DNA of 64,000 nucleotides from a virus. Taxonomy: Duplodnaviria; Heunggongvirae; Uroviricota; Caudoviricetes. The stretch is taken from the IMG/VR virus record IMGVR_UViG_3300042934_000563. The stretch is one strand, 5' to 3'. This document shows, piece by piece, positions 44,064 through 53,406 of this stretch. Both the position numbers and the translations under genes were made by a program. Under the pieces are notes generated by a model. It was not told the DNA's origin. It searched no databases and saw only the letters and a list, made by a program, of their open reading frames with translations. Numbering within the stretch: position 1 is the first letter of the stretch; each line of letters starts with the position of its first letter.

Positions 44064-44792
44064 TCACTTTCCGTAGCTGGAGTGGTTGGTCATGTAGCCG
44101 ATGAGGGTGGAGATGTCGACGGGGGCGTGTGCGTCGCATACGCCGTCGCCGGGAATGCAGATCCAGTTGACGTTGACGTTGTGGAAGGGCGGGCGGGGGC
44201 CGGACAGGGTGACTCCGGGGAGGATGTCGGATCCGGCGAGGACTACCTCGATGCCGGTGATGGGCTGGCGGGGGTCGGAGTACAGCTCTACGCGGATACG
44301 GTCCTGGAGGTCGGTGCCGTCGTCGGTGATGCGGTCGCTGTCGATCTCGGATGCCACGTCGCCGACGACGCGCGCGCCCTGGCTGTAGCCGATGAGGATG
44401 TAGCGGCTGTGGTTACCGCACAGGGCCTCGTTTTCGGCGATCCGCTGGCGGAGGTTGGACTTGCCGATCTCGACGGACTGGTTGTAGCTCTCGCTCCAGC
44501 CGTAGGATCCGGCGATCATGCCACCGGGGTAGGCGATGTGCTCGACAATGGTGTCCGGCTGCATCCGGTAGGGGGCTGTCACGCGGTTCAGCGGGGATTT
44601 GGGGTCGATGCTGGTGGGTGTCCTGGGGCCTTTGGTGCCGTCCAGGGCGAGGACCAGGGTGGGGGCGCATTCGGGGGTCCAGCCGGGGTTGGCGTTGGCG
44701 TTGGACGGGAGGAGTGCGCCGATGCCTGCGCCGACGGCGAGGGCAACCATCAGGATAAGTGCGCGGATGAGGTTGCGGGATTCGTTTTTCAT
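44064..44792 (-). CDS. secreted cutinase-like serine esterase (LysB-like)
   Basis: N-terminal signal peptide MKNESRNLIRALILMVALAVGAGIGALLPSNANA. Cutinase active-site motif 'GYSQGA'. Conserved Cys pairs. Confidence 0.7.
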   Translation of the reverse strand: MKNESRNLIRALILMVALAVGAGIGALLPSNANANPGWTPECAPTLVLALDGTKGPRTPTSIDPKSPLNRVTAPYRMQPDTIVEHIAYPGGMIAGSYGWSESYNQSVEIGKSNLRQRIAENEALCGNHSRYILIGYSQGARVVGDVASEIDSDRITDDGTDLQDRIRVELYSDPRQPITGIEVVLAGSDILPGVTLSGPRPPFHNVNVNWICIPGDGVCDAHAPVDISTLIGYMTNHSSYGK

Positions 44793-45006
44793 GGGTCGAT
44801 TCTTTCTTGGGTGGGTGGTGCTGGTGGGTTAGCGGCGGAGGCGTGTCTATCTGGGAGGTATCTATTCAGTTGTCCCGGAACTAGGTACAGGGCTCATGGT
44901 CCCCACCGCCGTAGCGATGTCAGAAGTTCCCTAGTTCCGGTGCCTCCGCCGTTAACTTGTGGGAGACGTTACAGCGTTGTAATTCGGTGGTGTCGCGGGG
45001 GTGGCT

Positions 45007-45243
45007 CTACAGCGTGTCGTAGATGGCGTATGCGGCTTCGTAGTGGGCTTCGGAGCGCTTGAGGGCCTCCAGGGCGAACTCCATGAAGTGGAGAATTTTG
45101 TCGGGCTGGTTAGGGAACTTGCCAGCGTTGTTGAGTGCCGCCATGTAGTAGCCGTGTTCGGCCTTGGCGTCGTCGATGTGTCCCTGAGCGATCTCTGCGG
45201 GGGTGAGGATCTGGGGCTCTTCGAGGTTGATGATGCCGATCAT
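45007..45243 (-). CDS. hypothetical protein
   Basis: 78-aa ORF with GGAGG SD and motif copy TTGCGCTAAACCGCGAC (minus orientation) at 45296..45312. Confidence 0.45.
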   Translation of the reverse strand: MIGIINLEEPQILTPAEIAQGHIDDAKAEHGYYMAALNNAGKFPNQPDKILHFMEFALEALKRSEAHYEAAYAIYDTL

Positions 45244-45335
45244 GGTGGCCTCCGGGGTAGTGGGTGGTGGTGCGTTGGTGAAACAATAACACCCTGTCGC
45301 GGTTTAGCGCAACAGGGTGGCGTTGTGGGGCGTTT

Positions 45336-45650
45336 CTACTCGTCTGCCTCGGCTTTCAGCTGTCCGATGGCGTCCTGTAGTTCGTCTTCGGTGGCTGTCT
45401 GCCATTCGGGGAGGATCTCGGCGAGCTTGAGGAGCTGGTCGGGGGTCATGTAGCCGTCGGGCTTGGGTGCGGTGGTGTCGGGGTGCTTGTCCAGGTGCTC
45501 CAGGTACCAGTTTCGGCGCTGGAGTCCTCGGGCGATCATGTTGCGGCGTCCGGCCTCTTGGAGTTCCTCGGCGCGCTGCTCAGCGCGTTCACGTCGGCGG
45601 GCTGCTGCGGCTGCGAGACGTTCGGCTTTTTGAACGGTGGTGACGGTCAT
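45336..45650 (-). CDS. hypothetical protein
   Basis: 104-aa ORF. Confidence 0.4.
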   Translation of the reverse strand: MTVTTVQKAERLAAAAARRRERAEQRAEELQEAGRRNMIARGLQRRNWYLEHLDKHPDTTAPKPDGYMTPDQLLKLAEILPEWQTATEDELQDAIGQLKAEADE

Positions 45651-45997
45651 GTGTGGCTCTTTTCGGTGGGGATGGGTGCGGGGCGCGATAATGCGTAGTC
45701 AGCTTCGGTGCAGTCGTAGGGCTGCTCGGTGACGCTTTTGGGGTTGCGCTGGGCTTGCCGGTTGGCGCGCCATAGCCAGCGCATGGTCGACACCATAAAT
45801 AGCAGATATGCGAACAGACAGATTCTCCAGCTCCATGGGGCATCTACTGCCGCGATGTAGTAGAGCGTCATGAGAGACATTGCCACGGCGATTGCGGCCA
45901 TAGCCTTTCCGAGGTCGGTTCGCATCATGCCCAATAGCCTATCGACGGTGGATCCGAATGTTGCTGTGAATCTACTAGTTGTGGCGTGCAGATTCAC
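45647..45997 (-). CDS. hypothetical membrane protein
   Basis: 116-aa ORF with two hydrophobic helices. Confidence 0.4.
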   Translation of the reverse strand: MNLHATTSRFTATFGSTVDRLLGMMRTDLGKAMAAIAVAMSLMTLYYIAAVDAPWSWRICLFAYLLFMVSTMRWLWRANRQAQRNPKSVTEQPYDCTEADYALSRPAPIPTEKSHT

Positions 45998-46012
45998 AGC
46001 AACATCTCTAGA

Positions 46013-46501
46013 TCAGTCGTCCAGGAATCCGGGGCGGCTGATGTCGACGCACGGTACGCCGATGCTGCTGGCGTTGTTCATGGCGATAGTGAGGGGGCAG
46101 TGTCCGAAGTCCTGCGGCGGCTTGCCCTCTACCAGTGCGTCGGCGATGGTCATGGTCCGGCCACAGTCGGGTCCATGCATGTAGAGGAGCAACGTGTCGC
46201 CCTCCACGATGACGCGGCACCCGGACAGGTCCTCCTCCTGGTCACGGGGGACCAGGTATCCACCGAAGTAGTCCGCCATGCTCATGGGATCTTCGGGGGT
46301 TTCCCCCATGATGACGAATGACGGTTGGGGGAGTGAGCAATATTTGACCAGCGCCACAAACCGCTCGGGGCCGCTCAATGCTGTCATGTTCTCGACCACC
46401 ATCAGGCGGTCACGGTGCTCGGTGAAGCTGCCTTTGATCTCGACGATTTTGTCGAACGACACTTCCACGGATCCGGGAAGTGAGGGATTGGTGCTGGTCA
46501 T
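46013..46501 (-). CDS. hypothetical protein
   Basis: 162-aa ORF. Confidence 0.45.
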   Translation of the reverse strand: MTSTNPSLPGSVEVSFDKIVEIKGSFTEHRDRLMVVENMTALSGPERFVALVKYCSLPQPSFVIMGETPEDPMSMADYFGGYLVPRDQEEDLSGCRVIVEGDTLLLYMHGPDCGRTMTIADALVEGKPPQDFGHCPLTIAMNNASSIGVPCVDISRPGFLDD

Positions 46502-46863
46502 GGTGGGTTCCTTTGGGTTGTGGGGACCTGTCGGGGTTTAGCTTATATGACGTGGGAGTGAATGACGCGGACGGGGCCCTTACCGACTCCGATGGATGTC
46601 ACGCGGGCGGATCCGCGCATGAATCCCTCACGTCCTCCCCTCGGTCCGGCCTGTTCCTGGCAGGTCTCCAGGGCTCGGGCCGGTGAGGGGGCGGCTACGA
46701 CCATGCTCTCGTATTCGCCGGGGGAGGCGTCCTCTTTGCGGGTGACTAGGTACAGGTTCACGGGGTCCAGGCTTTCATGAGTGGTTCGATGTAGTCGCCT
46801 CTGACGGTGCCAGCGAAGCGGTTGACTCTGGTGCCATCTTTCAGCACCCAGAACGCGACGCCG

Positions 46864-47400
46864 TCAAACACGCCGTGCAATTCGACTCCGTAGTCGATTG
46901 ACTGACTTTCGGGCGCTGGCGCTGCCGTTGTTGATTCGGGTTCCAATTCGCTTTCGGAGAGTGACATGGTCCTCGGTGTCCTTGCGTGGTATCGGTGTCG
47001 GCCAGCCGGTCGATATTGAGTATTGCGGAGAGTTGCGGAAGTCGCCCCATATCCGCATGTAGATTGCGACTCCGCTGCGGAATAGCGGCTCGGTGACGAC
47101 TTTGATGTCGATGCCGTCGACTCCGCCCTCGGCGACGGCTCCGGTCTTGGCGGCGTAGAGGGACGCGCTGGCGATGTCGGTGAGGTGTTCACTCATGTAG
47201 CGGCGGAGCGCTTCGGCGGTGTACTTGCCGTACATGAGTCCGGTGTAGATGGCGGTGGCCCAGTTGGTGGCCCAGAGGGCCAGCCAGATCAGGGATCCTC
47301 GGTCGAATCCGATCATCCACATAGCGAGGGTGGAGAGGAGGATTCCGAGTCCGCCTAGGAGGAGGTTCCGGCGCTGCTCGGGTAGGTAGTAGGTCCACAT
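46864..47400 (-). CDS. hypothetical membrane protein (3' end uncertain)
   Basis: N-terminal TM helices are convincing, but the last approximately 50 aa look non-coding. A second small ORF (about 46758..46967, MSLSESELEPE...KAWTP) in another frame may follow. Confidence 0.35.
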   Translation of the reverse strand: MWTYYLPEQRRNLLLGGLGILLSTLAMWMIGFDRGSLIWLALWATNWATAIYTGLMYGKYTAEALRRYMSEHLTDIASASLYAAKTGAVAEGGVDGIDIKVVTEPLFRSGVAIYMRIWGDFRNSPQYSISTGWPTPIPRKDTEDHVTLRKRIGTRINNGSASARKSVNRLRSRIARRV

Positions 47401-47401
47401 G

Positions 47402-47926
47402 TCAGAGGCTCCAGCCTGGGACTACTTCGGTGGGGATTCCGAGGGTCGTCCAGAGGTCGATGATGTTGGGGTTGTCGTCGATGGCACCGACGACGCGGTA
47501 GTGGGCGCTGATGGCGTTGTAGAGGTCCGTTTTGACCAGTACGTCCTTGCGGTAGTCACCTTGGGGGCGCATGGCCGGTCCGTGCCAGGGGACGGGTACG
47601 TGTTCGTTGAGCCATTGGGTGGTGATGTAGCGCCACATTTCCATGCGGGCGGTTACGACGATGACGGCGTGTCCGGCTTCGTGGGCGGCGATGCAGTAGT
47701 CCAGGGCTTGTTGGTGGGGTGGGCAGAACTGGGATGCCTTGTGGAAGGCGTCGAAGTCCTTTTTGCCGGGGTCGGCTTCCACGTAGTGGCGGACGCTGGA
47801 CACGTTGCACAGGGTGCCGTCTACGTCCACCAGTACAGCGGTGGGCAGTTCGATCATTCGGGGATCCTGTCGGGTGCTGGGGAGGCGAACAGGCGCGCAA
47901 AATTGTAGGGCGCGATGTTCAGACAA
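47402..47926 (-). CDS. HAD-superfamily phosphatase (polynucleotide 3'-phosphatase-like)
   Basis: HAD motif I 'LVDVDGTL'. Overall resemblance to phage Pnk-phosphatase-domain proteins. Likely start at MIELPTAV. Confidence 0.65.
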   Translation of the reverse strand: MSEHRALQFCAPVRLPSTRQDPRMIELPTAVLVDVDGTLCNVSSVRHYVEADPGKKDFDAFHKASQFCPPHQQALDYCIAAHEAGHAVIVVTARMEMWRYITTQWLNEHVPVPWHGPAMRPQGDYRKDVLVKTDLYNAISAHYRVVGAIDDNPNIIDLWTTLGIPTEVVPGWSL

Positions 47927-48129
47927 ATAGCGAATAAGGCGAGTTCGGCGGCGGAGATGATGCGGGTTCCGGCTTCCATGTTCATTACGTCGGTGCCGGT
48001 GCCGATCCAGCCCATGGTGACGGCTTTGGCGGCGAGGTCGTCGGGGGTGAGTCCAGCGGTGCCGCGATGCAAGCTGAGGTTCATCCCTACGCGGGCGTTC
48101 ATGGCGTCGATGGCCGGTTGGTATCTCAT
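47854..48129 (-). CDS. hypothetical protein
   Basis: Internal start MRYQPAID of track frame 47854..48309. The N-terminal track extension is Pro/Arg junk. Confidence 0.4.
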   Translation of the reverse strand: MRYQPAIDAMNARVGMNLSLHRGTAGLTPDDLAAKAVTMGWIGTGTDVMNMEAGTRIISAAELALFAICLNIAPYNFARLFASPAPDRIPE

Positions 48130-48494
48130 GCAGAGAGGATACGGTCGCGGAAGTAGGCGGCGAGGGTTGTGTCGGCGGTGCGCGGCGGCTGGTAGATGAT
48201 TTCCAGGAGGTGCTGGTCGCGGCGGGGGAGGGTGCGGCGTACGACGCGGTTCTGGTTGGTGGTGCGGACCAAGTGGATGCCGTAGTCGCTTACGTGGTGG
48301 ACGGTCCACTCGGCGGTGCCGGTCTTGAATCGGACGATGTCCGGCTCCCAGTGGTTGGTGAAGTCGGTGAGCCGTGGGCGTCCTCGGAGGGGCTTCGGCT
48401 TGTAGGGCTGGATGGCGACTTTGTCGGCGATGACATCGGCCATGGGGGTGGATGGGTGGGGTTGGCGCTGTCGTGGGTGGGGTGGGCGTGCCAT
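48126..48494 (-). CDS. hypothetical protein
   Basis: Internal start MARPPHP of track frame 48126..48707. Confidence 0.35.
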   Translation of the reverse strand: MARPPHPRQRQPHPSTPMADVIADKVAIQPYKPKPLRGRPRLTDFTNHWEPDIVRFKTGTAEWTVHHVSDYGIHLVRTTNQNRVVRRTLPRRDQHLLEIIYQPPRTADTTLAAYFRDRILSA

Positions 48495-48513
48495 TTTGTT
48501 GCTCCTTGGGTGA

Positions 48514-48771
48514 TTAAAGCGGTTTCGCGGGCCCGTAGACCTCGGCGAGTCGTGCGCGTCCTGCATCTGCGGCCTCTCCGAGAGTTTTTGCGTGGCCGTA
48601 GAGAGTATGCCATTTGGGGGTACGTGGATGGCCCTTCGGCGCGGGGATTTGCCATACCCATCTACCGCTGTATGAGCGGTCGGATAAGCCGTCCAGCATC
48701 CGCGCAAGGGGGGTGTTGAGCTGCCTTACGCGGACACGGGGCGGTCCGTAGGTGCCGGAGGGGCGGATCAT
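48514..48771 (-). CDS. hypothetical protein
   Basis: 85-aa ORF. Confidence 0.35.
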   Translation of the reverse strand: MIRPSGTYGPPRVRVRQLNTPLARMLDGLSDRSYSGRWVWQIPAPKGHPRTPKWHTLYGHAKTLGEAADAGRARLAEVYGPAKPL

Positions 48772-49268
48772 CGGAGTAGGTCCAGAATCATTTGGGCGGA
48801 CTCGTCCAGCTCCAGAGCGACGCTGTTGTTGTTCTGTAGTTGCTGCTCCAGGGTTTCGATGAGTATGCGTCGTTTGCCGGAGAACGGGCCTAGTTTGCTC
48901 TTGGCCTTCGATACCACGGTTCGGATGTCGTCGAATGTCCGGTTTCGGTGTGCTCGGCTGTCCTTGAGGATTCCGATCACCTGTCCGAGGGTGCGGCTGT
49001 TGTTTTCGGCTACCTCTTTCAGGTGTTTCGCGTTGGTCAGTCGGTGGTTGGCCTCCAGGAGCTTTTTGCGGAGTATGCGGACCTCTTCCAGGGCCTCGTC
49101 GTGCGTGAGGTCCCCGGAGAGGGCGTCATAGTTGGAGATTCGGACGTTAATTGTCTTGGCGATGTCCTCGGGGCTCCGGCTGAGCTGGTATCCGATGGGT
49201 TCGACGTTGACGAACGCTTCGGCGATGGCGTCCTCCACGATTCGCGCAACGTCGGATCTGGGTGCCAT
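48768..49268 (-). CDS. hypothetical protein
   Basis: Internal start MAPRSDVARIVEDAIAEAF of track frame 48768..49622. Confidence 0.45.
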   Translation of the reverse strand: MAPRSDVARIVEDAIAEAFVNVEPIGYQLSRSPEDIAKTINVRISNYDALSGDLTHDEALEEVRILRKKLLEANHRLTNAKHLKEVAENNSRTLGQVIGILKDSRAHRNRTFDDIRTVVSKAKSKLGPFSGKRRILIETLEQQLQNNNSVALELDESAQMILDLLR

Positions 49269-49272
49269 GGTC

Positions 49273-49713
49273 CTACTCTCCGTAGCGGGCCGGGGCTCCC
49301 GGCTCGGGGCTGTAGCTGTCGATGTACTTGCCGTCGGCGGTGCGTGCGGTGAAGCTGTGGGGGGCTCCACAACATGAGTAGCATCCGAGGTCGGTGGAGT
49401 CCTGGCTGGTGTTGAACTCGAACGATGAGATGGCGGCGCTGATGCTGGTGGTGCCGTACAGCTTGGCGCGTTTGGCGCGTGCGCCCATCCACCGGGGGAC
49501 GCCGTTCTCGTCGGGGGTGCCGAATAGTTGGTAGCCGTCGCGTTCGCGGTCGTAGTCATCGGGTTCGGCGACAACCCAGTCGACAACCCATCCTGCGGTT
49601 TCCAGGGCTTCCCACTCTGCATCGGTGAGCCACCAGCTGCCCCCGGAGTTGTTGGTGGAGTATTCGACGTACTCGCGTCCGTCGATGGGTGCGGGGGCGG
49701 GTTTCTTGGTCAT
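49273..49713 (-). CDS. hypothetical protein
   Basis: Internal start MTKKPAPAPIDGREY of track frame 49273..50637, with AAGGA SD. Confidence 0.45.
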   Translation of the reverse strand: MTKKPAPAPIDGREYVEYSTNNSGGSWWLTDAEWEALETAGWVVDWVVAEPDDYDRERDGYQLFGTPDENGVPRWMGARAKRAKLYGTTSISAAISSFEFNTSQDSTDLGCYSCCGAPHSFTARTADGKYIDSYSPEPGAPARYGE

Positions 49714-49730
49714 GGGCGGGTCCTTAGTTG

Positions 49731-50354
49731 TTAGTTGCGGCGGCGGGCTTCCGCGCGTGTGATCTCGTCGCTGATTTCGGTGATGCTGCTGGCGAGTTGG
49801 TCGATGCGCTTGCGGTAGTCGGCGATGCGTGTGTCGATTTCGGTGTTGAGGATTTCGTCCAGCTGTTCGGGGGTGACCAGCTTTTCGGGTTCGATGATGT
49901 GCTCCACAAGGGGGCGGAGGAGGGTGTGGTTGGTGACGCTGCGGGGGACGCGCGGCGGTTGCACGTATTCGTTGCTGGTGCCTCTCCGCTGGTTTCGGAG
50001 GCGCTCTTTGATCTGAGCCGTGGCTGCGTATTCCGGGTACAGGTACGGGTCGTTGGGGACGGGCGGGAACACTGCTGCTGCGGGGATGGGCGGCGCTGCG
50101 GGGCCGGGGATGATGACATCGAAGGTTCGGGGGGCGAGTTCCCATCCGGCCTCGGTGAGGTCGTAGGCGGTTCGGGCGGTGATGGTATTGAGGTTGCCGG
50201 AGATGATGATGAAAAACTCCAGCGTCAGCTCTATGCGGGCATCGAGTTCCGTGTCGACGTTGCCGTAGAGGGCGGTGTGGGTGCGGTCGATGGTGACTCT
50301 GTCGTAGTCGATGCGTGCGGTGAGGTCCGGCTTGGGGTGCTTGTTCTTGCCCAT
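49731..50354 (-). CDS. hypothetical protein
   Basis: 207-aa ORF. Confidence 0.45.
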   Translation of the reverse strand: MGKNKHPKPDLTARIDYDRVTIDRTHTALYGNVDTELDARIELTLEFFIIISGNLNTITARTAYDLTEAGWELAPRTFDVIIPGPAAPPIPAAAVFPPVPNDPYLYPEYAATAQIKERLRNQRRGTSNEYVQPPRVPRSVTNHTLLRPLVEHIIEPEKLVTPEQLDEILNTEIDTRIADYRKRIDQLASSITEISDEITRAEARRRN

Positions 50355-50381
50355 GGTGTTCGGTTCCTTCGGTTGGGTGGG

Positions 50382-50947
50382 TTAGGTCTGGTCGATGTCG
50401 CGGAGGCGGGCTTTGAGCTGGTCCAGCTCGGATTCCGCCTTGCGGACTAGTTCTTGGATGCGGGTGTTGTGGTGTTCGTTGAGCTTGACGATGGGGATGG
50501 GTAGTTCTTCGGAGTCCAGCATGAGGCTGCCGTAGCGGATGGCGCGTTCGTCTGCCGTGTTCCGTTCGCTGCTGCGTCGGGGGTAGGCGTATTGGCCTTC
50601 GGGTTCCTGCTCCAGGGATACGTTTTCGATGCCCCAAGTGAGCTTGTGGTAGTTGCGGTCGTATGATCCTCCGCCCTTGAGTCCTAGGTGGTATTCGATG
50701 ACGACGATGAGGTCGCTGGGTTCGTCGTCGACGATGATTTCGATGGGGTAGGTGGCGATGAGGTTGTCGCGGTCGAAGACACTGTCGTAGTCCCTGCGCT
50801 TCTTCGGGATCTTGACGTTGGTCGGCTCCAGGTCGGGCTTGGGGTAGTTGATGCCGATGGTGCGGGTGTGGTGGGGGAGGTCTGCGGCGGGCGGCTGGAG
50901 GACGTAGGTCTGTCCGTTGAGGACGATGGTGTCGGGGTTGTCGGTCA
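50382..50947 (-). CDS. hypothetical protein
   Basis: Internal start MTDNPDTIVLNGQ of track frame 50382..51626, with GGAG SD. Preceded by motif copy TTGCGCTAAACGCGGAC plus TAGGGT. Confidence 0.45.
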
Positions 50948-50980
50948 TGGTGCTCCTTGGGTTGTGGTTCGGGGTTGACC

Positions 50981-51310
50981 CTAGTTGTCGTCCGCGTTTA
51001 GCGCAAGCTCCGTGGGGTCGGTGATGGTGAATTGGTAGGTGAGTCCAGCGTGTGAGCACATTTTGAGGAGTTGTTGGATGCTGCATCGGTGGAGGTTTCC
51101 GACCATGACGCGGCTTATTTGTGACTGGTTGGTTCCGAGGTGTTGCGCTGCCTCGGTCTGTGTCCAGCCTTGCGTTTCGATGTAGGTGGTGAGGATCCGG
51201 GTGAGTCCGCGCCGGATGGCGTACGCCTGCCGGTTGTGGGTGCGGGATTCGGGGTAGTGCTTGATGGCGGCGTAGTCGTCGTCCGTGGGGATGTCGTGGA
51301 TGGTGGTCAT
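50981..51310 (-). CDS. XRE-family helix-turn-helix transcriptional regulator
   Basis: 'WTQTEAAQHLGTNQSQISRVMVG' HTH. Internal start MTTIHDIP of track frame 50981..51778. Confidence 0.55.
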   Translation of the reverse strand: MTTIHDIPTDDDYAAIKHYPESRTHNRQAYAIRRGLTRILTTYIETQGWTQTEAAQHLGTNQSQISRVMVGNLHRCSIQQLLKMCSHAGLTYQFTITDPTELALNADDN

Positions 51311-52206
51311 GCTGCGGGGTCCTTCGGGGTTTGGCCGGTCCAGGGGAGGGTGAGCCCATCGTCGGCGGTGCGGGGGACGATGTGGATGTGGATGTGTTCG
51401 ATGGTTTGGGTGGCGTCGGTTCCGATGCTGGTGATGATGTTGGCTTGGATGCCTCGGCTGCGGATGAGTTCGGCGGCGTAGCGCATGGCTGCGGCGGCGA
51501 GTTCGGGGGCGGCGGCGGCGTTCTTGGAGTGTGGGATGGGTACGACCAGGGTGTGGCCGGGTGTGACGGGGTTGAGGGGCTCGAATGTGAAGCATCCGTG
51601 GTTTTCGGTGTCGTAGTCGCCTGCAACGAATTTCTTGCAGAATACGCAATCGCGCGCGGGGTGCTTCATAACGATTTCTCCTCGTTGTCGGGGGTGGCGG
51701 CTCTCTCCGTTCGGTGGAGGTGGGAGGAGCATTCGCAGATCCACGGCGGAGGGGTCGTTGCCCTTGTCGCCGTTGCATATGTCGTGGCTGGCTGCCAGGT
51801 TCCAGTATGCGTGGTCGCCTCCCAGACTAGAGGGGACGATGTGGTCGACGGTGGGGCGGAGGGTGTTGAGGCTGTCGCGGGTGCTGTCGTCGATGGGGTC
51901 GCCGCATATGTGGCAGATCCATCCGTCGCGCCGGTAGACGGCTTCTCTGTCGATGATCTGGTAGTGGACGCCCAGCCAGTGCATACGGGCCCGTTGGGGG
52001 GTGTTGCCGGTGTATTTGGGGCGGCGTATTTCGGTGGCGTGGAGGGCGTCGTCCAGGGGTGGGCGTAGTGGCGGTGGTGGCGGTGGTGGCGGCTCCGGTG
52101 GTGGTGGGGGTGTCCGTTTCTTCTTTTTCGCTTTGACAGCCTGTTCCCGTGTGGGGTCTGGCAGGTAGGTCCTTGTCAGGGGGTTGATGAACTCGTGGTA
52201 GTCCAT
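51307..52206 (-). CDS. HNH endonuclease – HIT (histidine triad) hydrolase in-frame fusion with poly-Pro linker
   Basis: HNH block 'WICHICGDPIDD...TVDHIVPSSLGGDHAYWNLAASHDICNGDKGN'. HIT block 'IEHIHIHIVP' (HxHxHxx). 'PPPPPEPPPPPPPP' linker. Internal GAGGAG SD plus ATG (51669) before the HIT part. Confidence 0.65.
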   Translation of the reverse strand: MDYHEFINPLTRTYLPDPTREQAVKAKKKKRTPPPPPEPPPPPPPPLRPPLDDALHATEIRRPKYTGNTPQRARMHWLGVHYQIIDREAVYRRDGWICHICGDPIDDSTRDSLNTLRPTVDHIVPSSLGGDHAYWNLAASHDICNGDKGNDPSAVDLRMLLPPPPNGESRHPRQRGEIVMKHPARDCVFCKKFVAGDYDTENHGCFTFEPLNPVTPGHTLVVPIPHSKNAAAAPELAAAAMRYAAELIRSRGIQANIITSIGTDATQTIEHIHIHIVPRTADDGLTLPWTGQTPKDPAA

Positions 52207-52578
52207 TTAGAACCACTGGGTGACGGCGTCGTCGAATGGCTCCGGGTAGGGGGTGGCGCGGTCGACGATCTGGATGTTGACGGTGGTGTCGCGTTCGGCG
52301 TGGACGGCGATGAGCATGAGTTGCTCGTCGACGCCGTCGGGTCGGACGTTGTCACTGATGAGTTCCGCCTCGTTCCCTCCGCTGCGTTGGTAGCGGCGGA
52401 GGTCGGAGGCGAGGTTGGTTTCGTATTCGAGCATGACGCGGAGGGTTACGGTGCCTGCGGATCGGTGCTGGATGCCGGTGAGGATTCCGGTGAGGTTCCC
52501 GAGTGCGGTGTCCAGGTTGATGATGTTTCCGAGGTGCCTGCCGTTCAGCTCTCCGGTAGGTGCGGAGATGACGTGCAT
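52207..52578 (-). CDS. hypothetical protein
   Basis: 123-aa ORF. Confidence 0.45.
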   Translation of the reverse strand: MHVISAPTGELNGRHLGNIINLDTALGNLTGILTGIQHRSAGTVTLRVMLEYETNLASDLRRYQRSGGNEAELISDNVRPDGVDEQLMLIAVHAERDTTVNIQIVDRATPYPEPFDDAVTQWF

Positions 52579-52584
52579 GGGCGG

Positions 52585-52908
52585 TTAGCTCTCCTCTGCG
52601 GCTTTGCGGGCCTCTTTGGTGGTGGCTACCCCGACGGCAAGGGTGGCGTAGATGATGTCGGCGATGGGCTGCGCGTCGGTGCCGTCGGCTTTCTCGGCGA
52701 GCTGTGTGAGGAGTCCGAGGGTTAGGCCGTAGGAGGCGAGGGTCTGGGATGCCTCGAACAGTTTGGAGGTGTCGATCTGGGTTGACTGGGTGCCGGTCTG
52801 GTGTGCAAACAACATGCTGGTGGCGAGGTACTGGATGAGGTCGGTGGGTGGCCGGAATGCTTCGGTGATGGCGCGCTTTTCGGCGGGGGTGTAAACGGTG
52901 TGGGACAT
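52585..52908 (-). CDS. hypothetical protein
   Basis: 107-aa ORF. Confidence 0.45.
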   Translation of the reverse strand: MSHTVYTPAEKRAITEAFRPPTDLIQYLATSMLFAHQTGTQSTQIDTSKLFEASQTLASYGLTLGLLTQLAEKADGTDAQPIADIIYATLAVGVATTKEARKAAEES

Positions 52909-52921
52909 GGTGGTGGGTTCC

Positions 52922-53203
52922 TTAGATGTTGTGTGTGGCGCGGATGTCGGCGATGTCAGTTTCCCAGCTTCCCCATCGCCATGATGGGAGGCCCATGATG
53001 TTTCCGAGTTCGGTGGGGCCTTCGATGAGTCGGGCGGCTTTCTCGTACGCGTTGATTTCGACTTCCAGGGCGTCGTTGATGGCGGGGATGCCTTGGGGGT
53101 GAAGGTACTCGCGTCGGTGCTCGGCGTATTTGCGGAGGACTGCGGCGAGGGTGGCGGGTGTATCAGTCATGTTGTGCTCCTTGGGTTTATGGTGCTGCCG
53201 CAT
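52922..53203 (-). CDS. hypothetical protein
   Basis: 93-aa ORF. Upstream motif copy TTGCGCTAAGGACAGAC plus TAAGGT plus GGAG SD. Confidence 0.45.
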   Translation of the reverse strand: MRQHHKPKEHNMTDTPATLAAVLRKYAEHRREYLHPQGIPAINDALEVEINAYEKAARLIEGPTELGNIMGLPSWRWGSWETDIADIRATHNI

Positions 53204-53406
53204 ACCTTAATTGCTGTCTGTCCTTAGCGCAATTTGTTGGTCGGCGTGTCGTCACATAGAGAGCATGTGGGGGTGCCGTTCCATGGGTTTCAGGGTGTAG
53301 CGGATGTGGGGGTTTTTGCGGTCGTAGTATGCGCGTCCCATGCTGTGGGTGAGGTTCACCAGGTGGTATCGGTCGCGGTGGCGCTGTGTCTCGGTGTCGA
53401 CTTCTT

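Noticed and set aside
46758-47192. 144-aa minus ORF with Pro/Ser/Thr/Arg-rich N-terminal half
   Set aside because: Only the last approximately 70 codons (from MSLSESE... near 46967) look protein-like. The upstream part overlaps the better membrane-protein frame 46864..47400.
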